Below are positions 53,850 to 64,000 of a stretch of 64,000 bases of DNA, one piece after another. The notes under the pieces are model-generated. The model was not told the DNA's origin. It saw nothing but the letters and a program-made list of their open reading frames with translations, and did not search any database. Positions within the stretch are counted from its first letter, which is position 1; each line of letters starts with the position of its first letter. Origin of the DNA: Dicyema japonicum (taxonomy: Eukaryota > Animalia > Dicyemida); contig RDEW01000004.1 of the NCBI GenBank assembly GCA_011109175.1, forward strand, positions 334,030 through 398,029. The letters are read 5' to 3'. Both the position numbers and the translations under genes were made by a program.

Positions 53850-54501
53850 TCATTTTTTGATAATCTGCAAAATCCAGTCAAAACCCTCCTAAAATGACAA
53901 AAAAGGTGAACAGTCAATCCCTCATTGTTTTTGGCAGAACAAGATTGGATCTGCCAAGGATGACCCCTCAGTTTGGTCAAATCCAGCAAATTTACAATCT
54001 CTTCAGGTTTACAGGAAGTCATGAGATCTTTTTTATTACAAAATATTAGGATGGGGATATTCTTTAGTTCCTCTTCCTGGAGGATCTCAAACAATTCCTA
54101 AAAGTCTCTTAAATCTTACATAACCACTTTCTTCCATTCTATTTCTATTAGAACTGTCAATCACGTAAATCTAAAATAATTCAATAAATACCATAACGTC
54201 AGTGTTTTCCAAGTAGTTTCTCCAATATGGCCTAATTTTCCGTTGTCCCCTAATGTCCCAGACTGCCATGTTGAACCCCTTTTGACGGACGTTTTTATGT
54301 TGAATCCCTCAAAGATAGAATCACGGAATTACTAAGGTTGGAGATATGTTTGAAATGTTCTCTAAAGCTAAGGTTTTTAAGATTGTTGTTTTCCCGGCAT
54401 CATCAAGTCCGAGAAGTAAAATCCTTAAATTCTTTTTTCTTCCGAAAGAGAATCGACCCAAAAAGTCAAAAAATCCCTTATATAAGTATAATTACAACCA
54501 T
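53850..54501 (-). CDS. ARL3: ADP-ribosylation factor-like 3, 6 exons
   Basis: [63 protein letters not shown]. Introns 54477-54498, 54308-54332, 54171-54191, 54098-54119 and 53889-53911. One base is missing at ~54290. Confidence 0.88.
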
Positions 54502-54629
54502 TGTTAATAATTACCTTGGATTCAATCAATTTATTAAAATTATCTTAATTACTTTGTATTATATTTTATTATTTATAATTATTTATTTTCTTGTTGATTC
54601 TTGGTTTAAATAAATAAATAATATTGCCG

Positions 54630-55230
54630 ACCCCTCGTGTAGTGCGTGAGAGTATGAGGACTTTTATCAAAAGAAAGCCAATCCATTCACGAAGAAGCCT
54701 CCCGCGCATTCATTTACGAAGGAAAGAAATTGCCTAAAAAGCCTATAGATTCAATCTTGGGAAACCATGGTGAGGATTCGATCCTTGATGAAACAGGAGA
54801 GGGACTGGAATAACCTCATGTCCACCCTAAACAAACAGTCCTCCTTCACGAGGATGTGGAATACTCTTCTCGGCTTCACCAACTCTGTGAGACGGCCTCT
54901 TTGCGAAAACATAGAGAACAAGAACTTTTTAAACAAGATCATGAAGGTTTATTTTTTCCGTAAGCTTTTTCTGTCACCAGAAAAATTGAGGGACCTTCCA
55001 TTTCTTCCATAAAATCAAAACGTGACGCAACCACAAATAGTCTTCCTATGGATTTCGCGCGGAAGGCAATTCAAAACCAAAAATCATCCTAAGGGCAACG
55101 GGTCAGATGGTATCCCTACAATAGTATTGAAGAAGATAGGCCCTTAAGCAATCATGGCCCTCACCCGAATTTTCAAACTCTCCATCAGCTGGAACTCCAT
55201 CCCTACTTTATGGAAATTATCCAATATACG
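54630..55230 (+). mobile_element. LINE pre-RT fragment
   Basis: WNNLMSTL..FTRMWN and GSDGIPTIVLKK. Confidence 0.55.
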
Positions 55231-55269
55231 ACCAAATTTAAAACCTAGACAGCCGAAGGACTCACCGGC

Positions 55270-55660
55270 CTCTTATGTTATGTTGTCCAATTAAGTCGTG
55301 TCCGACCCTTGGAGATCTCATGAACGAGTTTCCTCCACTCTCCCTGATCCGTTGCAATTTGAAGTAGCTTTGATATATGCATTCCCGTGACGTCTTCCAT
55401 CGTGGATAGCCACCGAGTCCTCGGTCGGCCAGGTCTTCTTTTCCCAGTAATATTGTTCAGCACATTGGTTCTTTCCAGGGAGTCAGAGCGGACAACATGC
55501 CCAAAGAACGCCAATCTGTGTTTTTCGATTCTTCCTTCTAGCGAAATGTCCGTCTCCACCCGTTTGAGTACATCGATGTTTGTTATTTTGGAAGTCCAAG
55601 GAATTCTTATTAACCTCCTCCAGCACCACAGTTCAAAAGCATCAATTCACCGGCCTCTTA
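55270..55660 (-). mobile_element. RTE 3' end
   Basis: LAFFGHVVR..GKRRPGRPRTRW; same sequence family as 27165-27295. Confidence 0.8.
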
Positions 55661-55669
55661 CAGACATAT

Positions 55670-56440
55670 CTCTTTCTGTGTGCCTCTTCAAAAATTCTGT
55701 AAAAACTCATTCTCGATCAGAATAAACCTTACCCCGGACGTATCCTTCCATCGTGGTTTCAAAAAGGCTCGCTCCACAACTAATCACCTTATATGCTTGA
55801 CAAAATTCACCAAGGAAGGTCTACATGCAAGCCTGGCATTAAAAGACCATTATGTGTTCCATTGACATACAGAAAGTTTGTGACTCGATACCGAGAAAGT
55901 TGCTCACAGGAAGATTTATGGCTTTAACATTCCAAAACTTGAAAATTTGGATTACAAACTTCCTCAAACTGACGTAGAGTAATTTCACATTCCATATTTT
56001 CTGTCACTAAATTTCTGCCGAATGGGGTCTCACAGGGATCCCACTGTCACCCATTCTCTTCAACCTCTTTATGAGCGGCATGCCTTCCTATAGCAGCGAC
56101 GATACTCTGACCCTCGCTTATGCTGACGACATAATCCTGACAACAAGAGACCAGTGCATCCACACAGCGAGTGCTGTTTACAAGAGTTACTGGACAACCT
56201 AAACTGTTGGTTTACGAGGAACCTATTACACACAAGTTCCTGAAAAGTAGAGTTCTATGCTTTTTTACTTCCAATAGAAACTGACAAACTCGGCATTTTT
56301 TTTTGACTTTTAATGGAATATCAATTACCTCCACAAAACTCAATTAAAATACTGGGGATCACATACGACCCCCTTATGACTTTCAGCAAACACGTAAGTA
56401 ACGTCATCTTCTCTTTCCAGCGAAAACTAAACTTTGTACT
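55670..56440 (+). mobile_element. Jockey-like LINE RT, degraded
   Basis: GFKKARSTTNHL, GVSQG, YADD, ILGITYDPLMTF; related to 51.1-52.5 kb. Confidence 0.7.
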
Positions 56441-57027
56441 TTGATACTAAAAAACTGTTTCCACTCAACATTAAATCATCTTTACATATGACGATTTGAG
56501 TAATATGTAAGTCATGTGCACCTGTCAAGATAGGGAAAAGTGTGGCTCTTTTCTTCCAAATGCCACCACGTCGTCGGTGAGCCGAAAATCTCGTTCAATA
56601 AGATAAGGTAAACAATTTTGAATACGATGGGATTATTCTTGCCAATGTAGAGCAATCAATAATGAATGAAAATTTGAGTCATGAATTCTTTGAAATTACG
56701 AAATATCAATGACTAAAATCTTATTTGGAAAAATTGCAAAACTCAGGGTATTCAATCAAAGAAAGTTATACTGATTTTGAAAATATCAGTTATATTTCTG
56801 TAAAGGAGGATATTGAAAATTATTTAGGTATGTGGAGAATGATTTAACAGATGTTGTAAAAATAACTAACAAATCAATAAATCCAATGACATATTGCAAC
56901 CTTCTAAAATGCCCGCTACTTCAATTACAGTGAACAATCTTATCCAGTTCAATAAAAAACAATATTGAAAAATATTTTATTATAAATTCTAAACAAAAAT
57001 TTCAATGAAAAATATTTCATTCTAAAT

Positions 57028-58761
57028 CAGGGATTCTCAACGGCGGCCCAGCGGGCCCCCCCAGGATTTTGGTGCGGCCCGCTTAAAATTATAAAAAAAT
57101 ATTACATATTTTACATAATGCAGCCGGATTTTAACTGTGCTTTTTCTTTCTGTTTGTTTCGTACAATAAACTTTTTATGGTTAAAAATTTTTACATATTT
57201 TAACTATTGTTTTTAAATTAAATATTTTTTGTATTAAATATTAATTAATATTGCTTGTGATGTCTGGAATCGTGTTAAAAGAAGTAGAAAAATTATTCAA
57301 GAAAATCGTGCATTTAACCCCGAATGGGAGGAACAATTTTTCGTTTTTGAAGAAAATTTGTCATTTTGTTATACGATGTCTTAAGTTATATAATGTCGAG
57401 AGGCATTATATGAAACATTCTTCAGAATATGATTCATTTCAAGGTGAATCAAAAAAATCAAATTTCTATCTATGAAATCATCGCAAACTACAAACCACTT
57501 TGTTTAAACAGCCCATGTCATCAAGATCCGCACAATACCTTCTTTCAAAATTTGTCATCTACTTGAAAAAATATGAAGCCGTGTGGAGAATTTATTAAGC
57601 AAGCTATCCTTATATTTACTGAAAAATGTTGTTCTTCAGAAATTAAAAAAAATGTTATAAACTTACAGCTAAGCAACGATACAGTTACTCGGAGAATTGA
57701 GAGAATATCTGACAATATTTAATGCCAGCTACTCACTGAATCCAACCTTTTCGTACACTATTCTATTGCTCTTGACATCACTAAAGATATTAGTGATACA
57801 GAACAAATGGATGTGTTTATTCGAGGTGTCATGCCTGACTTCATAATTTATGAAGAATTTCTCACGCTACGTAACTTTCATGGTTCTACTAAAAGAGCTG
57901 ATATATTCCGTGAATTTCGTGATTGCCTTGAAAAGGCACATTTGGATCTATCAAAAATGTTTTCAATTGCCACAGATGGATGTCCTTTCTATGGTTGGAT
58001 GGAAAACGGTTTCAAGGTCTCGTAGCTGGATGGCGAGTAGATGATGAGTTGAGTCCTGTGATTTGGCATCACTGCATACTACATCAAGAAAATTTAGCTG
58101 CAAAATCTATGAAAATGGACCATGTAACAGATTGCAAGTAGAGTTACCATTCATTTTCCAATACTTTCAAACCACAAAGATGGATCATATGAAAAATATA
58201 CCTCTGTTATTAGTGACTTAATCGATGAATTCGAAACACGTTTTAATGATTTTAAAGAAGCTGTACATATTATGAAAATATTTTCGTCACCTAAGGAAAT
58301 AGATGCTGCAACCGCTCCATATGTATATCAGCTGGAGCTAATTGAAATGCAGGCAGATTTACAACTTACCGCGCTATTTAAGTCAAGTGAACTATTGGAT
58401 TTTTGGAGTCGAATTCCACAATGGAAATATCAAATTTGGTCGATAATGCTCAAAAAAATGCATCAGTCTTCGGATCAACGTATGCATGTGAAGTTCTTTT
58501 CAGTAAACTTACGCGAATAAAAATAAGTATCGAAATCGATTGACTGATGAACATTTAATTCAACTTTTACGTACATCGTCTTCGAACTTTACTCCTCGTT
58601 TCGATAAAATAGTAGACGCCAAGCAAAATCAAGTCTCACATTGATTCTCTTATTACGTAATAAAGCCTTTTTTCTTTAATCAAATAAAATATTTTTTGTG
58701 CCCGCAAAGATACTCTTAATTATCGATTTGGCCCTTGAGCTAAAAAGGTTGAGAACCCCTG
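57028..58761 (+). mobile_element. Complete SPIN/Buster-type hAT transposon, degenerate transposase
   Basis: TIRs cagggattctcaac and gttgagaacccctg. Perfect 8-bp TSD TTCTAAAT (57020-57027 and 58762-58769). GTF2IRD2-like motifs (FIRGV, FSIATDG, HCILHQE). Confidence 0.93.
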
Positions 58762-59352
58762 TTCTAAATTATAATTTATATACAATGGATAGTTTACATA
58801 TAAATTGTTCTAATGATTTCTTTGGTTGGCTGTTTGTGAGAATAATTTAACGTCAGATTAAGTATTTGTGATATTTTAAAATAAAAAGTAATTAGAATCA
58901 TGGAACATATTATGATTACAATCGCCATTAAAATAAAAAAAAGAAAATGCGGCCATTAGTGATCCAAGTTATTCTTAGCAAACATTTCATCTTTTCCCGA
59001 TGTTCCTCACGGAATCCTACAAACCTCCATTAGAGTCATGTCACTAACAGGGGTTCATGTGAGATGAAATGAGTATCAGTTTCCTCATCAAAATATCTAA
59101 TAGTTTAGGATCATTCAAGGAGAACAAAAACTTATTGAGTGTTCAGAGAAATGTAATTCTTTGATTTTCTTTAGATTTGCTTTTCCATATTTGTACCCCA
59201 GGTTAAGCAGCCGTAGCTGATGGTTTGCTATATATACTAATTGGACTTTGAGAAAAATAGAAAATGTTAATTGGAAATCTTTAAATTTGATTCTTATAAA
59301 TTAATATTTTAAACTTTAAAATAAGAATTAAATTAGTTGGTCAAAAAATAAA

Positions 59353-60261
59353 CTATCCGCCAACGGACTCTTCTATAAATCCGAAAATCAGCATGATTAT
59401 ACACCCAAACATTGTGAAACCGACAGAAATAAACTTCTTAGTCAAATCACTTCCAATAATAGGACTTGATGGTATCATTCTGAAAAATATAACTTCGAAA
59501 AGGATTCCAGCAGCAGTAGTATTGATAAAAATTGTAGCAATGGAAGTACTACAAAATGAGAGATGCGCCGTTATTTTATCTCCAAAGAATATCCCCAAAG
59601 CAGGCGCACCTGCAAACAAGAGGCCAAACAGTAAATGAAGTAATTTCGGAACATTTTTCAATTTGCAGGCCTTTCCAGAAACAGTCAGCGTCACACATAT
59701 TCTATGGCCAATTATTGCAAGGAAGAATGCCAAAAAAGAACTGGAATGGTCCAAAACTCCGATTAGTAGACCATCGAGAATACTATGTAAAAATAGAGCG
59801 ATCATAAAAGCAATAAAATCTGACAAATCCTCATATTTTTTCGAATTCACCTTTTTGCACGGATCTTCTACTGGGATCTCAAAGTCACCCTGAGGATGCG
59901 TTCTATGTGTTGGGTTGTTGCACCGTTCTGTGACGAGATGTTTAATATATCCGTTAAATAAGACAGCAGCCATGATTACGACAATAAATATTAAAGGAAT
60001 TATGTTGTATTTTTCCATTCGTTCCCAACATTGTCCCTTTACGATGATTCCGTCAAATTTTCTCTGTGATTCAGGCAAAAGTCCCCCAAATATGAGGGCC
60101 ATCATAAGTCCATGGACAAAGTAATTTACGTAAAGTTCTGCATTTTTTGCATGCTTCCATGATCTTTTTATTTTAAGTAATAGAGTGAAATAGGGAATGG
60201 AGTACAAAACCCCAGTTATAACAACTATTCCAGTCATCAAATGCAATTTGAATAATTCCAT
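59353..60261 (-). CDS. ZIP (SLC39) zinc/metal transporter, intronless, 302 aa
   Basis: Multiple TM segments, HGLMMALIFGGLLPES, His-containing loop, TM4 HSILDGLLIG and TM5 IGHR. Uninterrupted ORF. Confidence 0.85.
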   Translation of the reverse strand: MELFKLHLMTGIVVITGVLYSIPYFTLLLKIKRSWKHAKNAELYVNYFVHGLMMALIFGGLLPESQRKFDGIIVKGQCWERMEKYNIIPLIFIVVIMAAVLFNGYIKHLVTERCNNPTHRTHPQGDFEIPVEDPCKKVNSKKYEDLSDFIAFMIALFLHSILDGLLIGVLDHSSSFLAFFLAIIGHRICVTLTVSGKACKLKNVPKLLHLLFGLLFAGAPALGIFFGDKITAHLSFCSTSIATIFINTTAAGILFEVIFFRMIPSSPIIGSDLTKKFISVGFTMFGCIIMLIFGFIEESVGG

Positions 60262-61019
60262 TTTGTCAGTATTATTGTTAAATCGTAGTTATTAACTATT
60301 TATAATCTAATTAATGACAATGTTTATTTGACCACAATAATTCTAATAATTTGTGAAAAAGCATAAAATGTGATCACCTTTAATATTCTACTTCATTATT
60401 ATGTCTGGGTATTCTGTTGGTCTTTAAGAGACATTTGGTACCATGCCTGTTGAGCACATGGGGTCAATTCAGTTAGTCACTTGTTAAATTAGTTAAATTA
60501 CCCTACCCTCACTAACATGCGGGAACCAGTCAATATTAATTCTGGTCACTCCCATTTGTTAAAACTATGTATCTATTATAATTTACCTGTTAAATGACTA
60601 AAGCAATTATCTTTTTTAGTTAATGGTTAATTTAATTTTTATTAAGAAAAGAAAAGAGAGTAAACGGTTGTAATGGTTAATTGGTAGATAATTAAAGAAA
60701 TACCGTACTTCTATTTAACGAAACATTTTTCATGATAAGTTAAAGTCCATATTCTTCTTGTGATTGTTGATTAGGTGACGACTCAGCATACTTCGGAAAC
60801 CCAAAGTTATGAATACTAGAATTGTCGAATGCACACAGAATCAATGTTCTAATCTTTTTTACTCCAAAAATCAAAGAACTATGATAATAGTTGTCATAAG
60901 TTGCATGAATATTACTACAGTTAAAATGATTCCATATTTTATTATCGTCTCTTATCGACCATAAAACCACAAATGTGATATCTGATTTTATAAAATAATG
61001 TTTTTATTAAATTGAACTC

Positions 61020-61320
61020 TTGCAATCATCTGGAGACGAGAAAAAATTGCCAAGGATCTAAGAGCAGCCCTTGTTAAACAATGCTTAAATAAGGAATATG
61101 GAAACGTCCTTCATTCTGCTTGAGTTGATGTGAGGCAGGCCTTTGATTCTGTTGACCATGAATTTTTATTTCATGTATTGGACTGTTCTGGGATACATCA
61201 TTGGATTATTTACTTTGTAAAGACCATAGTCAACAAGTAGACTTTAAATCTCCACTTTGATGGAAGAAGAATTGGTTCTGTAAAGCTGGGACGTGGAATT
61301 CTGCATGGAGATTTATTACC
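61020..61320 (+). mobile_element. R4/Dong-like RT fragment
   Basis: DVRQAFDSVDHEFL and GRGILHG, homologous to 19884-20408. Confidence 0.65.
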
Positions 61321-61604
61321 CCGCAAGTTTCTCTATAAAATTATTGGTTCGATCAATATCATTTGAATTTGATTATATTTACTGTAAAATACTACTCTGA
61401 GGTTACACCTGAAGCCTCCAATCAAGGAGAGATTATATTTAAAAAAGAGGATTTACTTTTGTTTTGTTCATTGATACTCTTTCAGTTTTTTTAAAGTTTG
61501 GATAAGAATTTGGATGTTTTTTTGCGAAGGTCAGGGATTCTGCGAGTTATAAAACTAATAAATGACATTTGACTACAATCGCAGGTTTTATTACCTCTAA
61601 ATAT

Positions 61605-61790
61605 GCAATTAGCACACGGTTTCCGGGCAAGATGCCTGAAGGTCGCTAGTTCTAATTCCGATACTCACATTCGGTTGAAGGTTCCACGCATCAATATGCT
61701 TTGGTTTGACGAGTGACGCCGTCATTAGTGAAATTCACTGCGGAACCGGATGAAGTGAAGAGCATTCCTTGATCCTCCCTCGATTAGCTA
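61605..61790 (+). mobile_element. SINE-like repeat, copy 2
   Basis: B-box-like agttctaattcc, 27-nt core identical to 29101-29127, and shared tgaagagcattccttgat. Confidence 0.6.
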
Positions 61791-62737
61791 TTATTACTGT
61801 TCTTCGCTTAAAAAAGTGTGTGTTCTGCCTGAGGGTAGCGATAACTGATATCCTCGGAAAGTGCGAATATTATTATATTAAATTACTTAGAATATTAATG
61901 TTGAGTCCCCAAGGCCATCCAGAAACAATATCTAGTGAATAGAATAAATTGAAAATCGTTACATTCCGTGCTCTTCAAATGTGTGGAGGAATCTAAATAA
62001 GTGATGCCGATAATGGAAACAAAATTCAATTCAACAAGTTGAGATTTTCGTTTACAAAAATATCAAAAATGAAAAATCTCTAATTGAAGTGGGCATTACT
62101 TCTCAGGATCATCTCAAACAAGCTGAGGTCGAGAAGTGCCACAAGTATGACTTTCTCTTTTTTGCAATTGTCAAGTAAAGACTATCTCACTGGTTATGGA
62201 GTTGTCTTGAAAAGCTTCACGAATTATATGGATAAGCTATCTATTGAAGGAGCAACGAGGACTTACATCCAATCAGTTGTGTTGAAAGGACTCTCGAAAT
62301 CATGCTAATTGAACACAAACACAAGGTGACCGTCTCCGATGAAGAGTTTACCTTTCTTTCTACCAGCTTGTAGAGATGACATGTACTAGTCGTGAGGACA
62401 TTCCATTGAATGCTAACAGAGAGATAATGACTGACTCTGATGTGGAGATTGGGAATAAGAGTAAGTTAGCGACAAACTCCTATTCCAAGAGAAGGGGAGT
62501 GATTACCAACAATTATATTTACTGGATTTAGTTAAAATGTATTTTTATAGTCAACTTTAAGTATTCAACGCCTTGTGTATTTTTGCTGAAAGAATCCTTC
62601 CAACATTGATTTAAGAAAGACTTATCAACAAGTACCCACCTTCAAACTCTATCAAATTTTATTTTGGGGGTTCTCGATTCAAAGCTCAGACACAATAAAA
62701 CTTTGTTGTGTACAATTTATATCTACAGGGCTTTTAG

Positions 62738-64000
62738 CAGGGCTGTGGAGTCAGTAAATATAGCAGGACTCCGACTCCTCAAATATTATTTCTTCGGCTC
62801 CGACTCGGTTATTATATAAAAAATTCAGACGTTGTAGGAATAACAGAAAAAAGAAAAAAACATTTAGAAAAAAAATTTAACTATTATTTTTTGAAATAAT
62901 ATAGCTTCGACCAGGTCTTCCTTCGTAGAAGCTCAAAGGTCTGATTTGATAAATTTTATCCCAGAAAACAGCCTTTCTACGCTGACTTGTGTAGGAGGTA
63001 AAGCAAAAGATATCATAGCTGATTTTTTGATAGCTTCAGGGTAATACTCAATAAGATCATGAAGTACTATTTGACAAGTTGCAATTTTGAATTCAAAGGC
63101 TTTAAGTGGCTGGTTTTAATTCGTTTTGCACTTTCACAAATAATTTTCGAAATCGTCATTCGACGATAGGAACTGGGTTCAATTTGAATGTCAATATTAT
63201 ATGAATATGATCCTCACATTCTTCTATGTTTTGTGATTCCAGTCTCTTGATTTTTAGTTCAAGGTCAAATAATCCCATTTTCGCTAAATTTACCTGTTCA
63301 TCCGGTAAGAGCACTCGGTTCCTTGGATCAACATGAAGCTAACAGAATGTCATTGTTTAGCAATTGAGCTTCTCTTTTTTCCATTGAAATTGTAATTACT
63401 TTTAAAATCAATCCTCCGTTTTTGGAATTTATTAAATTTTTCCATTCCCATAGAAATGATCCACCTGTTAAATCTTCCGCCTGTAACCGTTTTGTAGTTT
63501 GGAAAAAAGGATATAAAACATATTCCAATTCTATAAGTTCTTCCCATTGCTTTTCAGTTAGTGAAATGTTTTGGTTGTCAATCAATAAATGACTTTAATT
63601 CAATTAATCGACGAATTATAAGGTATGTGCTTCCCCAGCGTGTTGCCTGATCAAGTATATCCCCGCTCTTCGTTGTAGAATATTATCAATCTTGGATGTA
63701 CGTGCTGATACAGATATTTGTCGGTATATATTGATTATCCCTGCAATATAAGGATCTTTTAAGCCATCTCTTATAGCCAATTGTGGTGTGTGTACTGCAC
63801 ATCGGATTTGGCACAACATTGTAGCTACTTCAGTGATGTCATCTAATATATCATCAGAATCATGATTTTCTTCAACATCTCTCTGGGTTCTATTATTTAT
63901 CTTGGCAATTAATTTTATCATGTTCGCAGCATTGTCAGTAACTATGCACAGCATCTTACGTAAGAAGAAGTAAGATGATATCCAATAACCTCAAAAAAGT
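62738..64000 (-). mobile_element. Ac-type hAT transposon, runs off the window
   Basis: Terminal cagggctgtggagtc with ctccgactc subterminal repeats. Minus-strand CIVTDNAANM, CAVHTPQLA and SVERLFS. Confidence 0.8.

Overview
AT-rich, compact eukaryotic (animal-like) genomic DNA. Six conserved or recognisable genes are split by ultra-short spliceosomal introns, mostly 21-28 nt: PSMC1/Rpt2, RPE, a core-2/I-branching GCNT, MPP10, PAK1IP1 and ARL3. An intronless ZIP zinc transporter, a truncated ENPP, a deleted GCNT duplicate and a probable LRR-like micro-exon gene are also present. The standard code is used (TAA, TAG and TGA all terminate genes). Tiny introns plus the ciliary gene ARL3 and animal-type hAT elements suggest a reduced ciliated invertebrate such as a dicyemid; this is inference only. 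Most intergenic DNA is a mosaic of decayed non-LTR retrotransposons (CRE, R4/Dong, RTE, Jockey/CR1-like), SINEs and hAT DNA transposons. Most notable: (1) a 130-aa ORF at 222-614 with a histone H4-type N-terminal tail on a highly divergent body; (2) one apparent missing nucleotide in each of the six spliced conserved genes, most likely long-read assembly error but testable against recoding or decay; (3) a PHD finger fused in frame to a CRE retrotransposon ORF; (4) two tail-to-tail, internally deleted mini-RTEs. TE boundaries are approximate and all gene models were built by hand.
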